In this document: positions 1 through 8,947 of the stretch, piece by piece
Layout: each line of letters opens with the position of its first letter
Position numbering within the stretch: the stretch's first letter is position 1
DNA from: Bdellovibrionales bacterium
GTDB taxonomy: Bacteria; Bdellovibrionota; Bdellovibrionia; Bdellovibrionales; UBA1609
Reading direction: 5' to 3'
DNA: 64,000 nucleotides
Assembly (NCBI GenBank): GCA_016716765.1
Contig: JADJVA010000006.1
Location: 407,046 to 471,045 of the forward strand
The notes under the pieces: generated by a model
Told to the model about the DNA's origin: nothing
The model's input: only the letters and a program-made list of their open reading frames with translations
Databases searched by the model: none
Position numbers and translations under genes: made by a program

Positions 1-16
1 GTCTTTAGATGATTTA

Positions 17-1774
17 ATGACAAAGTTTAATATTTTTACAAAAATGGTCTCTCCATTTGAAATGAATGGTGATATTGGTGGAAGTCTATGGTCAGTCGGT
101 TTCGTGGATACAGATTTATTACTTCCTAAGGATATTTGTTGGACCCCCGACCAAAAATTAAACACAAATTTAGTGCAGTTGCTAATTTTGAAATCGGTCG
201 CTATTAAAGCGCTCGGCCTAAAATTCAAATTTAATGATAGAGAACGGGTCGCACCTCGGCTGTATATTCTATCGAAAATGCCTCTTATCAATTCCTGGCT
301 TGACCAACAATTTCCACAATTCTTTGAATTTGAAAGACAAAGCTATTTGCAACTTGAGGTCTTCTTGCCTAGAAAAAATAGCTCTGTTTTGGCGTATTGG
401 CGAAAACAAATTTCTAGTCGAGCGATGACTTTGAATCTGGACTCTGAAGTTGGATTTAAAGATCTAATTAGTCAGCAAAAAAGAAACGATACAGTGCCAA
501 TCTATTTACACTCTTGTGTTCCGTTGCCGTATCGTGAGCTGAGCCTATCTTCTTCAGGCTCGATATCCTCATCGGACCGACCGAGTTCAGATAATAAAAC
601 TCAAAAAAAGCGTCGCCAAAAGGAGTTTGTAGAAGAAGCTGATTTAAGTAAACAAGGGCCAGCGAACCCTATTTTGCATAGCTTTGAGAAAATGGAGACT
701 GCTGATGACTACGACGGAGGCCGCCGTGTGGAATCCGGGGATGACGAACTTGATGCTCATAGCAACTCATTGGATGAGCTTGAACTAAACAGGCACACTT
801 CCGTCGGCGAGGCATCTTCGCTTTATCACCAAGACAGTCCTCAATTCAAATCACAAAATGCGAATTCAGATCAGAGCCATTTTTTCCAAAGTCACCAATA
901 TCACGAATGGAATTTTAGAGAAAATAGGTACTTAAAATCATTTTGCTCAGTATTTCCAATTCTGCCATGTGAGCTACAGGAAAGTGAAGGCTTCAAAAAA
1001 ATAGTCTTAATAAAATACAAGTTACTGATTGCCGAATGGAAAGCCAAAATTAATTCGATTGTAAATACTCCAAGATGGAAGAATAGATTAATCCATGGTT
1101 CCGAAATCGATTTGGATAGTATGATCAGATTGAAGCCAGAACTAAATCTTTTTTCAGGAAGGCCACGTGTTTTCTCAGAAAAGCGAAAAAATGAAAGTGA
1201 TATTTCGGTTTTGGTACTTGCTGATGTATCCTATTCCACAGACACTTGGATAAATGGCCAAAAAGTAATCGACATAATAAAAAATTCTATCGCAGTTGCT
1301 AGCTTTGTATTTGAGGATATCTTTGACAAGGTGAGTGTCGCCATTACCAGTAGTCAAACAAGAAAAAAAATTGAATATAGAGAGCTCAAAAAATTCGATG
1401 AAACTTGGATTCATTTTTTTCGACGGTCGCATGAAATAGTACCACACCAATACACTAGGCTGGGGCCTGCCATTCGGCACGCAATTAAAATTCTCTCAAT
1501 TGAAAATTCGACGAAGCCAATCCTTATTTTGATTACCGATGGTAAGCCAACCGATTTAGACCCCTACGAAGGCTCCTATGGCCAACAGGACGTTCGCAAA
1601 GCAATCGAAGAGGCAAAAAATAAAGGTATAAATGTACTTACACTAACTATTTCAGATTTTGACCCTGTTTCATTGAAAAGAACATTCGAACGCCCTTGTC
1701 CAATTAAAAATCCTGACGACTTTTGTCGCGAAACCTTTCAGTTTATTTGGAAACTGTGCCTGAAGGGTAAATAA
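17..1774 (+). CDS. VWA-domain protein, NorD/CbbO-like denitrification accessory factor (frame open to window start, may be 5'-partial)
   Basis: 585-aa ORF. C-terminal von Willebrand A signature with MIDAS-like DxSxS (VLVLADVSYSTD) and ILILITDGKPTD. Lies directly upstream of the nirK module. Confidence 0.55.
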   Translation: MTKFNIFTKMVSPFEMNGDIGGSLWSVGFVDTDLLLPKDICWTPDQKLNTNLVQLLILKSVAIKALGLKFKFNDRERVAPRLYILSKMPLINSWLDQQFPQFFEFERQSYLQLEVFLPRKNSSVLAYWRKQISSRAMTLNLDSEVGFKDLISQQKRNDTVPIYLHSCVPLPYRELSLSSSGSISSSDRPSSDNKTQKKRRQKEFVEEADLSKQGPANPILHSFEKMETADDYDGGRRVESGDDELDAHSNSLDELELNRHTSVGEASSLYHQDSPQFKSQNANSDQSHFFQSHQYHEWNFRENRYLKSFCSVFPILPCELQESEGFKKIVLIKYKLLIAEWKAKINSIVNTPRWKNRLIHGSEIDLDSMIRLKPELNLFSGRPRVFSEKRKNESDISVLVLADVSYSTDTWINGQKVIDIIKNSIAVASFVFEDIFDKVSVAITSSQTRKKIEYRELKKFDETWIHFFRRSHEIVPHQYTRLGPAIRHAIKILSIENSTKPILILITDGKPTDLDPYEGSYGQQDVRKAIEEAKNKGINVLTLTISDFDPVSLKRTFERPCPIKNPDDFCRETFQFIWKLCLKGK

Positions 1775-1795
1775 ATAGGTTATTTGCAAGTGCAT

Positions 1796-1838
1796 ATGAT
1801 TTATATCATATCGACATCCTAGAGAAACTCGGTACAAT
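1796..1838 (+). promoter_or_regulatory. FNR/Dnr/NnrR-type box ATGATTTATATCAT (1796-1809) plus TACAAT -10 hexamer (1833-1838) upstream of nirK
   Basis: TGAT-N4-ATCA core of the TTGAT-N4-ATCAA consensus, with symmetric arms. The box centre is about 30 nt upstream of the -10, which is class II FNR geometry. The nirK ATG lies about 30 nt downstream of the -10. Confidence 0.5.
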
Positions 1839-1870
1839 TTGCCCATATACACAAAATTACTGGAGTTTCT

Positions 1871-3285
1871 ATGAAAGAATACTTGCTTGCGGTCTCAATT
1901 TTACCATTTTTTATCGTCAGTAATCAGTCGTTTGCCGATAGTGCAAAAGGCGAAATTGCAACTCTGACAGCTCCGCCATTTGTGCCGCCGCCAATTACAA
2001 GAAAAACCTCTGCTAAATTGATTGTAAACCTTGAAGTGGTCGAAAAGAAAATGAAAATCGCTGATGGAGTAGATTACACGTTTTGGACCTATGGAGGAAC
2101 CGTTCCCGGAAGTTTTATTCGAGTCCGAGAGGGTGATTCTGTCGAATTTCACTTAAAAAATCATCCATCGTCTAAAATGCCACACAATATCGATTTACAT
2201 GCGGTTACTGGCCAAGGTGGAGGCGCAGGAGCGTCCTTTACTCTCCCAGGCCATGAAAGTGTCTTCTCATTTAAGGCAATTAACAAAGGACTCTACGTTT
2301 ATCACTGTGCGACTGCTCCGGTAGGAATGCATATAGCAAATGGTATGTATGGTTTGATTTTAGTAGAGCCAAAAGAGGGTCTGCCTAAGGTTGATCGCGA
2401 GTACTATGTTATGCAAGGCGACTTTTATACCAAAGGTAAATTCGGCAAACAGGGCTACCAACCTTTTGATATGGAAAAAGCAATTGACGAAAGACCGACT
2501 TATGTTGTTTTCAATGGATCAACCAGTTCAATGACCGGAGACAACGCTCTAAAAGCAAGAGTGGGCGAAACTATTCGTTTATTTGTCGGCAATGGCGGGC
2601 CAAATTTGGTTTCATCCTTTCATGTCATTGGAGAAATTTTTGATAAGGTCTATAAAGAAGGGGCATCTGAATTCAATACAAACGTTCAGACAACTTTAGT
2701 GCCTGCCGGTGGCTCAGCCATCGTTGAGTATAAAGTTGAAGTGCCAAGCAATCTCGTGCTTGTAGATCATAGTATATTTCGCACCTTTAATAAGGGTTCC
2801 CTGGGACTTATGAAAGTCGAAGGCGCAGAAAATTTGGAAATATATTCTGGTAAAACAGCAGACAATGTCTATTTGCCTGAAGGCGGTGCCATTCAAAAAG
2901 TGACTGACAAGGAAATTGTCAGTGTGGCGGCAACGCTTGAAGATCAGATTAAGTTTGGAAGAAATATTTACCAGCAGAACTGCGCCGCCTGCCACCAAGC
3001 AGATGGCAAAGGTATTCCTGGAGCATTTCCCCCATTGGCATCCGCAGATTATTTCAATGCGGATTGGAAGCGTGCCATTGATGTCGTTAAAAACGGGAAA
3101 ACTGGCGCGATCACTGTAAATGGAACACCCTATAACGGTGTTATGCCATCGCTAGGGCTAAGTGAAGAGGACATTGCCAACGTGCTGACTTTTGTCTCTC
3201 ACTCTTGGGGAAATAAAAACGTGTGTTTAAGAAATCTGATGTTTCTGCGGTACAGCTAAAAAAAGAAAAAGCTGCGGAGCACTAG
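1871..3285 (+). CDS. nirK: Copper-containing nitrite reductase NirK with C-terminal class I cytochrome c domain (three-domain type); apparent 1-nt frameshift near the 3' end
   Basis: Cu-ligand motifs HNIDLHAV and [20 protein letters not shown]. Heme motif NCAACH with GVMPS. The listed ORF ends at 3259. A 1-nt correction in the A5 run 3215-3219 gives ...[26 protein letters not shown], with its stop at 3283-3285 abutting the next ATG. Confidence 0.9.
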
Positions 3286-4050
3286 ATGAGCTTGCTAATC
3301 AGTAGTTTTTTAATAATTGCTTTTACAACAAGCTCATTAAAAGCTTCTGAATTAGTAACGGTTCCAAAGGGAAAGGTTGAGGCCATATGGCTATCACCAG
3401 TTTCAAAAAAGGCAAAAGTAAAATCGAATAAAGTTATAATTGCGGTCGACGCCTTTAGAACTCAAATCTATCCAGTAACAGTTACGCAATTTAGAGAATT
3501 TCTTGGAATACATCCGGAGTGGTCTAAAAGCAATACCTCCTCGTTATTCAAAGACGACTACTATCTGCGTGATCTTGAAACAGCTCCAGAAAAAGCACCG
3601 GTCACATTTGTTACCTGGTTTGCTGCAAGAGCTTATTGTGAGTCGTATGGACTTCGATTGCCAACAATTAACGAATGGGAATATGCCGCGGCTGCATCGG
3701 AGTCAAATAGGAATGCTAATCGTGAAGAAAAATTTTTGCGACGTATTCTGAATTGGTACGGCGAACCTCAGGGTGAGCGACTCAAAGATGTGGGCAGCAT
3801 CTATAAAAATGTTTACGGCATCTGGGATATGCACGGATTAATTTGGGAATGGGTTGATGATTTCAACTCTAGCTTTGTAACCGGAGAGAGCCGTGAGGAT
3901 AGCTCTTTTAATAAGGATATGTTTTGCGGGGCAGGAGCGCTTTCGTCAGCAGACAAAGAAAACTATGCTGCGTTTATGCGATTCGCATTCAGATCAGGTC
4001 TCAAAGGTAAAAGTGCCGTTTGGAATTTGGGATTTAGATGTGTCCGATAG
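3286..4050 (+). CDS. nirV: Formylglycine-generating-enzyme (SUMF1) family protein, NirV-like
   Basis: Signal peptide. FGE-fold motifs WEWVDDF and LGFRCVR. Sits immediately downstream of nirK, as nirV does in other denitrifiers. Confidence 0.7.
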   Translation: MSLLISSFLIIAFTTSSLKASELVTVPKGKVEAIWLSPVSKKAKVKSNKVIIAVDAFRTQIYPVTVTQFREFLGIHPEWSKSNTSSLFKDDYYLRDLETAPEKAPVTFVTWFAARAYCESYGLRLPTINEWEYAAAASESNRNANREEKFLRRILNWYGEPQGERLKDVGSIYKNVYGIWDMHGLIWEWVDDFNSSFVTGESREDSSFNKDMFCGAGALSSADKENYAAFMRFAFRSGLKGKSAVWNLGFRCVR

Positions 4051-4058
4051 GGGGTTTT

Positions 4059-4643
4059 ATGTATCTATTTAATTTAGTAAAAAAAATTTCAATCTTTTTG
4101 ATGTTTTCGCTTGTCGCACAAAACGCTGTTGCGGAATCGTTATACGATCTTAAAACAAGCTGGCGGGACACAGAAAATAATAGAACGGATGTATCTATCG
4201 CAAAAGGATCTTATACGATCATCGCGATGGTTTACACAGGATGTGCACACGCCTGCCCGCTGACAATTTCAAAAATTATGGAAATTGAAAAAGATTTTTC
4301 AAAGGCCAAGTTTACAGAGCTGAAAATTGTCCTTGCGTAATTTGATGTAAAGAATGATCGGCCTCAAAGACTTAAGAAATACCAAGCCGAAAGAAAGCTA
4401 AACCCCGATCAATGGAAGTTTTTATCTGCCGAGACTGAGGACGATGCTCGCAAGCTCGCCGTCACTTTGGGAATCAGCTATAAGGATATAGGTGATGGTG
4501 ATTTTTCTCACAGTAATTTAATTACTTTATTAGATCCAAGCGGAAAAATATTAGCGTCAATAAATAGTCTAAACGCAAACACTGAGCCGCTAATTAAGGG
4601 CCTACAAGATTCTTTAAATAAGACACCAAAAAGTAAATTATGA
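4059..4643 (+). pseudogene. SCO1/SenC family copper chaperone interrupted by an in-frame TAA (4338-4340)
   Basis: Signal peptide and CxxxC motif (YTGCAHACP). After the TAA the same frame continues FDVKNDRPQRLKKYQ...DFSHSNLITLLDPSGKI, the conserved SCO1 C-terminal half. Its stop overlaps the nnrS start (ATGA). Confidence 0.75.
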
Positions 4644-5764
4644 GCTCGACGAAAAACGAAGACAGAATAGAACCTTATATTTTGCTGTTTCCCACTGGAT
4701 GCCTACTGGGTTTTCTTGGTCTCATTTTCTGGGTCTTCTTTCAGTTTGGCTGGATACAGTTCTATCCTCGCGAACCACACGGTAATTTGATGTTTTTTGG
4801 TTTTTTATGGTCTTTTGTCGCCGGTTTTTTAATGACGGCCATACCAAAAATGACTTCAACGTCTCCCTCGAAATTAGGCGAAACCTCTGTTGCAATCTCT
4901 CTTATTTTTGTTCAGATAATTCTTAATGTCAGAAATCTTACCGATGTCTCCGCCATGGTTTTTCTATTACAAAATATTTTTCTTCTGTTCTTTATCGTGC
5001 GACGATTTCTAGTTAATCGAAAGGTCCCATTTTTTGGTTTTATTTTCTTACCCACTGCATTCATTCAGTCATTTTTAGGTGTCGTATTGTTTTTTATCTA
5101 CAGAGATCGCAGTTTTTTTCTCCTGCTTGCAGGCGAAGCGTTTATTTTGAACTTGATATTGGGCCTTGGCAGTAGACTGATACCAGTCATATCTAGATTA
5201 CCAAACGCATTGCTGCCAAATGAAAGTTCAAGTTCTGAAAGTTTTGTTTGGCCATTGATTACTTTACTATTAGTTAATTTAGGTTACTGGTGTGAAGTTT
5301 TAGGTTTTAGAGAATTAGGAGTCAGTCTTAGAATTCTCGGGATGATCTTCGCGGCCGTAAAATTACTTAAACTGTTCGCAATGCCTGTAACCTGGTCTTA
5401 TGTTGGTGTTGGATTAAAAATATCAGCTGCAATGCTAATTGTGGGACAGGTTTTTAGTTTGTCCTTCTTTAACAGTATACTTGCAGGCCAACACCTTATT
5501 TACATAGGTGGTTTTTCAATAACTACTTTACTTGTGGCAACGAGAGTGATTCTAGCCCATGGTGGTCAAAGTCTAAATTATGAAATTTCCTCAAAACGGT
5601 TGATATCCATCGTAATGCTCATTTTACTGTCAGCGCTCCTGCGGTTTTTTGTACGAAATGATGTCTCAAATTCCTTTATAAGTATCTCAGCACTGATTTT
5701 TATTTTTGGGCTCGCGCTTTGGGCAGTTCTACTTCGAGGGTTTCCCAAGCGGCACTCAATTTAA
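4640..5764 (+). CDS. nnrS: NnrS family membrane protein (NO-response heme/copper protein)
   Basis: 374 aa, about 12 TM helices. N-terminal PREPHGNLMFFGFLWSFVAGFLMTAIPKMT pattern typical of NnrS. Located in the nirK context. Confidence 0.7.
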   Translation: MSSTKNEDRIEPYILLFPTGCLLGFLGLIFWVFFQFGWIQFYPREPHGNLMFFGFLWSFVAGFLMTAIPKMTSTSPSKLGETSVAISLIFVQIILNVRNLTDVSAMVFLLQNIFLLFFIVRRFLVNRKVPFFGFIFLPTAFIQSFLGVVLFFIYRDRSFFLLLAGEAFILNLILGLGSRLIPVISRLPNALLPNESSSSESFVWPLITLLLVNLGYWCEVLGFRELGVSLRILGMIFAAVKLLKLFAMPVTWSYVGVGLKISAAMLIVGQVFSLSFFNSILAGQHLIYIGGFSITTLLVATRVILAHGGQSLNYEISSKRLISIVMLILLSALLRFFVRNDVSNSFISISALIFIFGLALWAVLLRGFPKRHSI

Positions 5765-5882
5765 TTATCATGATCGGTTATTTCAACCGACTGTCTGAGT
5801 CCAGCGCGTCTACCAATTCCACCACAGGGCCATTTAAAACTTCTTATTCAATTTCCAAATCACTCTTTTGAGTCACATGAGA

Positions 5883-6497
5883 CTAGGCATAGCCAAGAAC
5901 GCCGAGTTGTCGAAGCTGGTGTTTCAGGCTGAGCGGGTTGTGATAGTGAAGAGCAAGGAAATTGAGATCCAAGGCCGATTTTACGTTATCTAGATTGTCA
6001 TCAATAAAAAGACACTGCTCCGCCTTGAGTTGGAATTGGTTGAGCAGGCGATGAAATATTTCAGGATCAGGTTTTATGACTTTTTCTTTTCCAGAAAGAA
6101 TGACTCCGTCAAATTCCTTGAGAAAATCAAAACGTTCCTCTGCAATGGGAAATGTTTGGTTTGACCAGTTGCTGAGCGCGTAGATTTTAAAGTCATTGTG
6201 ATTTTTGAAGTAACGAAAGATCTCAACAACGGGTGAAATTTCTCCCTTTAACATTTGTGGCCATCTCTCCCAGTACATCTGGATTTCTCTGGCGTATTGG
6301 GGGTATTCGAGACAGCGCTCAGAAATAGCGCTCTCAAATGAAAGTCCCGCATCTAGCCGTAAGTTCCACTCAGGAGAACAAACGTATTGGAGAAAGTACT
6401 CCATTTCGTCTTCTGATTTAAAGACGTTACGGTAAAGGTAGCGTGGGTTCCAGTCGACCAGGACGCCCCCAAGATCAAAGACGATATTACGGACCAT
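5883..6497 (-). CDS. HAD-superfamily hydrolase (subfamily IA variant 3-like)
   Basis: Motif I VFDLGGVLVDW and a C-terminal FIDDN motif. The ORF extends to 6533, but the Met at 6497 gives the typical short N-terminus. Confidence 0.7.
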   Translation of the reverse strand: MVRNIVFDLGGVLVDWNPRYLYRNVFKSEDEMEYFLQYVCSPEWNLRLDAGLSFESAISERCLEYPQYAREIQMYWERWPQMLKGEISPVVEIFRYFKNHNDFKIYALSNWSNQTFPIAEERFDFLKEFDGVILSGKEKVIKPDPEIFHRLLNQFQLKAEQCLFIDDNLDNVKSALDLNFLALHYHNPLSLKHQLRQLGVLGYA

Positions 6498-6745
6498 GGT
6501 CTGGAGCCTACCACTTGTATTGGCTTGGGCCAAGAATCCAGGAAAAAAAGGGCTCAGATAATTATTGCAGCGCTCTATATGGCCCTCTCTTCCTACTTTG
6601 GTCCAGAATCGTTATTAACATTTTATTAAGGTCTTTGAAGTACCGACATAGCCTTCAAGAAGAATGGCTAGAGAAGACAGGGAGACAGAAACCAAAACGG
6701 CAAGCTCGAGAGAGCTTAGTAGAACTGAAGAAAAGCGAAAATGAG

Positions 6746-7399
6746 ATGCACAAGATGAAGATTTTAAACCTCAGTTTTATCTCGGAAGCTGCAAAGGTCA
6801 GTTTGATTTTCGCATGCATTCAATTGACAGCTTGTACAACGAGTATGCTGACCGTGCAGACCTCACCCGAAGGGGCCGATGTGTACGTTGTTTATCCGGG
6901 ACAACAGCCCTCTCGTTTGGGCAAGACTCCTTTGAGCATGGACAGTTATCCTCTCTCATCGCAGCCGGGAGATTCGTTAAAATTGATTGTTGAGAAAGAG
7001 GGGTTTCGTGCTGAGCATTACTTAGTTCCAAAGACGGTCTTTGCAGCGAGCATCCGTCTCGATATCGAAATGAGGGAGAGCAAATTGCCGGCAGCATGTA
7101 CGGATCAAGACGCAGCCGTCGAAGAGGTCGCTCGATCCGTGGCTCAGGCCCAGTCTCATATTCAGGCTAAAATGTATGATAACGCACTTCGAATTTTAAA
7201 AAATCTCAATGATAAATTCCCCAACTCTAGCGTTGTTTACGATCTGATGGGGAACACTCACTATCTGATGAAGGACTTGGAGAAAGCCCTTAGTTCGTAT
7301 GAAAAATCACTGAGACTCAGTCCAAACAATAGTGAAACACAAAGAATGGTGGCCAAATTGAAACAGATATATTCCATTCGTTCTCCGGCGGGTAATTAG
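6746..7399 (+). CDS. Lipoprotein with PEGA domain and C-terminal TPR repeats
   Basis: Lipobox IQLTAC. PEGA-like TVQTSPEGADVYV...LGKTPL. TPR-like YDNALRILKNL...YEKSLRLSPNN. The ORF's upstream extension to 6443 overlaps the divergent HAD gene, so the start is set at 6746. Confidence 0.65.
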   Translation: MHKMKILNLSFISEAAKVSLIFACIQLTACTTSMLTVQTSPEGADVYVVYPGQQPSRLGKTPLSMDSYPLSSQPGDSLKLIVEKEGFRAEHYLVPKTVFAASIRLDIEMRESKLPAACTDQDAAVEEVARSVAQAQSHIQAKMYDNALRILKNLNDKFPNSSVVYDLMGNTHYLMKDLEKALSSYEKSLRLSPNNSETQRMVAKLKQIYSIRSPAGN

Positions 7400-7401
7400 C
7401 C

Positions 7402-8199
7402 ATGTTTTACCTCGTCGGACTCATTATAGCGACTTCCAGTGTGGTGGCTGTTGTTGTTCATCTTCAGCAGGCCTACAATAGCTATTGGGACTTTGTGGCC
7501 TTTGCGATGGTGCTAGGCGGAACCATGGCTGTAGCAACAATTATTGCACCCTGGGATATCTACCGCGATTTTGTACGAAACCTGAAGCGACTGTTCGTCT
7601 ACGTGGCACCATCACAGAGAGAGTTTCTGCAACTGTGTCTCGATATTATTTCTAAGCATAAGAATGGTCTAAAGGACTTTAAGGTTGATCCGTCTCGTTT
7701 GGAACAGAGAATTCTTCGCGATGGACTGGAGCTGATCTCACTTGGGTTTAATCCAGACAAAATAGAAATCATTTTAAAGGAAAGAGTCTATCAAGCAAAT
7801 GAGCGAAATTTTAGGGTCAGTGCCATGGTTCGCTCCTTGGCAAAATATCCACCAGCTTTTGGTCTTGCTGGTACAGTTTTCGGTCTGGTGCATCTGATGC
7901 GCGGAGTTTCAGAGGGAATGAATGCAAAAGAGACAGGTATTCGGATGGCGATTGCCCTCGTTGCGACACTTTACGGACTGATGGTAGCCAACTTATTCGT
8001 GAATCCGGCGGGAGAATTGATGAATCGGTTTGCGAAGATGGACGAGGTTCTTGCGGAAATTGCAATTCAGGCCGTTCTTTTGGCAGCAGACGGCACTCCG
8101 GTTCTAGAGGCGCAGGAAATGTTAAATTCCTTTGTTGATACGGATCAGAGAATCGACTTAACCTCGATTGCAGAAATCCCGAACGCAGGCGCCGCGTGA
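7402..8199 (+). CDS. motA: MotA/PomA-type stator proton-channel protein
   Basis: 265 aa, 4 TM helices. PPAFGLAGTVFGLV and ALVATLYGLMVANLFVNP motifs of the MotA/TolQ/ExbB family. Starts 2 nt after the preceding stop. Confidence 0.85.
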   Translation: MFYLVGLIIATSSVVAVVVHLQQAYNSYWDFVAFAMVLGGTMAVATIIAPWDIYRDFVRNLKRLFVYVAPSQREFLQLCLDIISKHKNGLKDFKVDPSRLEQRILRDGLELISLGFNPDKIEIILKERVYQANERNFRVSAMVRSLAKYPPAFGLAGTVFGLVHLMRGVSEGMNAKETGIRMAIALVATLYGLMVANLFVNPAGELMNRFAKMDEVLAEIAIQAVLLAADGTPVLEAQEMLNSFVDTDQRIDLTSIAEIPNAGAA

Positions 8200-8218
8200 G
8201 AGCAGGACAGAAGGAGCC

Positions 8219-8947
8219 ATGAGAGCAATCAGTCGAAATTTACATAGAGCTCACGAAGAAATCGATACAGAAGGGACGTGGGCGATCAGTTACGGAGATA
8301 TGGTAACTCTACTCCTGAGCTTCTTTGTTCTCTATTTTACGGTGGATCAAAAAGCCGATCAAGCACAGCACCTTCAAGATTCCCTTATGGCGAGTTTAAA
8401 AAGCCTTTCTGAAGAGGACAAACCCATCGATAAGAGTTCATATAAGTTGCATATTGGAGAGGAAAAATCGACAGAAATTGACCAAAAAATAATTGATCGA
8501 TTGGGCGCCAAAGTTCACCAAGTGGGACAGAAGATTGTCATCGAATTTCCCGGTGTTTCTTTCTTTGATATTGGAAAAATTGATTTGCGTTCAGATGGAG
8601 TTAGGATGCTGAGTGAGTTTGTAACGGCCTATCTCCCCTTTGCGGGAAAATACAGTTTGGGCGTTCACTCCTTTACAGATACTCGACAGGTATTGAGAAC
8701 AAAAAATCGGCGATTCAATGATAACCTTGAACTTTCAGCCTTGCGGTCGGTCGCCGCGATGAGGGTCTTGCAATCGAGGGGAATTCCCCTTCATGCAATG
8801 AGGATCAGCGGATTGGGTGAATTGGAGGTCACGTCGGAACAACTCAAGGCGTCTGGGGTCAATCTCTTGAGTGGAGATCCCAGAGACCTCGCTCGAAAGG
8901 TTGTATTGGTTGTTGAGCCTGCTGTCGAACGTGGAGGTAAGGGGTGA
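8219..8947 (+). CDS. motB: MotB-type stator protein with OmpA-like peptidoglycan-binding domain
   Basis: AAGGAG RBS before the ATG at 8219. N-terminal TM WAISYGDMVTLLLSFFVLYF with the conserved Asp. OmpA-like C-terminus (NDNLELSALRSVAAMRVL). Confidence 0.85.
   Translation: MRAISRNLHRAHEEIDTEGTWAISYGDMVTLLLSFFVLYFTVDQKADQAQHLQDSLMASLKSLSEEDKPIDKSSYKLHIGEEKSTEIDQKIIDRLGAKVHQVGQKIVIEFPGVSFFDIGKIDLRSDGVRMLSEFVTAYLPFAGKYSLGVHSFTDTRQVLRTKNRRFNDNLELSALRSVAAMRVLQSRGIPLHAMRISGLGELEVTSEQLKASGVNLLSGDPRDLARKVVLVVEPAVERGGKG

Noticed and set aside
6621-6650. Sigma-28 (FliA) promoter upstream of the MotAB cassette (TTAA...CCGACATA)
   Set aside because: Only about 5 of 8 positions match the -10 GCCGATAA consensus. 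No TAAA sits at the required 15-nt spacing. The match is too weak to call.
6443-6745. N-terminal extensions of the longest ORFs (6443.., 43771.., 50002.., 58992.., 18601.., 8168..)
   Set aside because: The extensions overlap divergent or upstream genes and precede obvious RBS plus signal-peptide starts, so shorter starts were chosen.
7402-8947. Zorya-type anti-phage system (ZorA/ZorB are MotA/MotB homologues)
   Set aside because: MotA here is a short canonical 265-aa protein without the long ZorA tail. No ZorC/ZorD-like helicase or nuclease, nor any ATPase gene, is adjacent.
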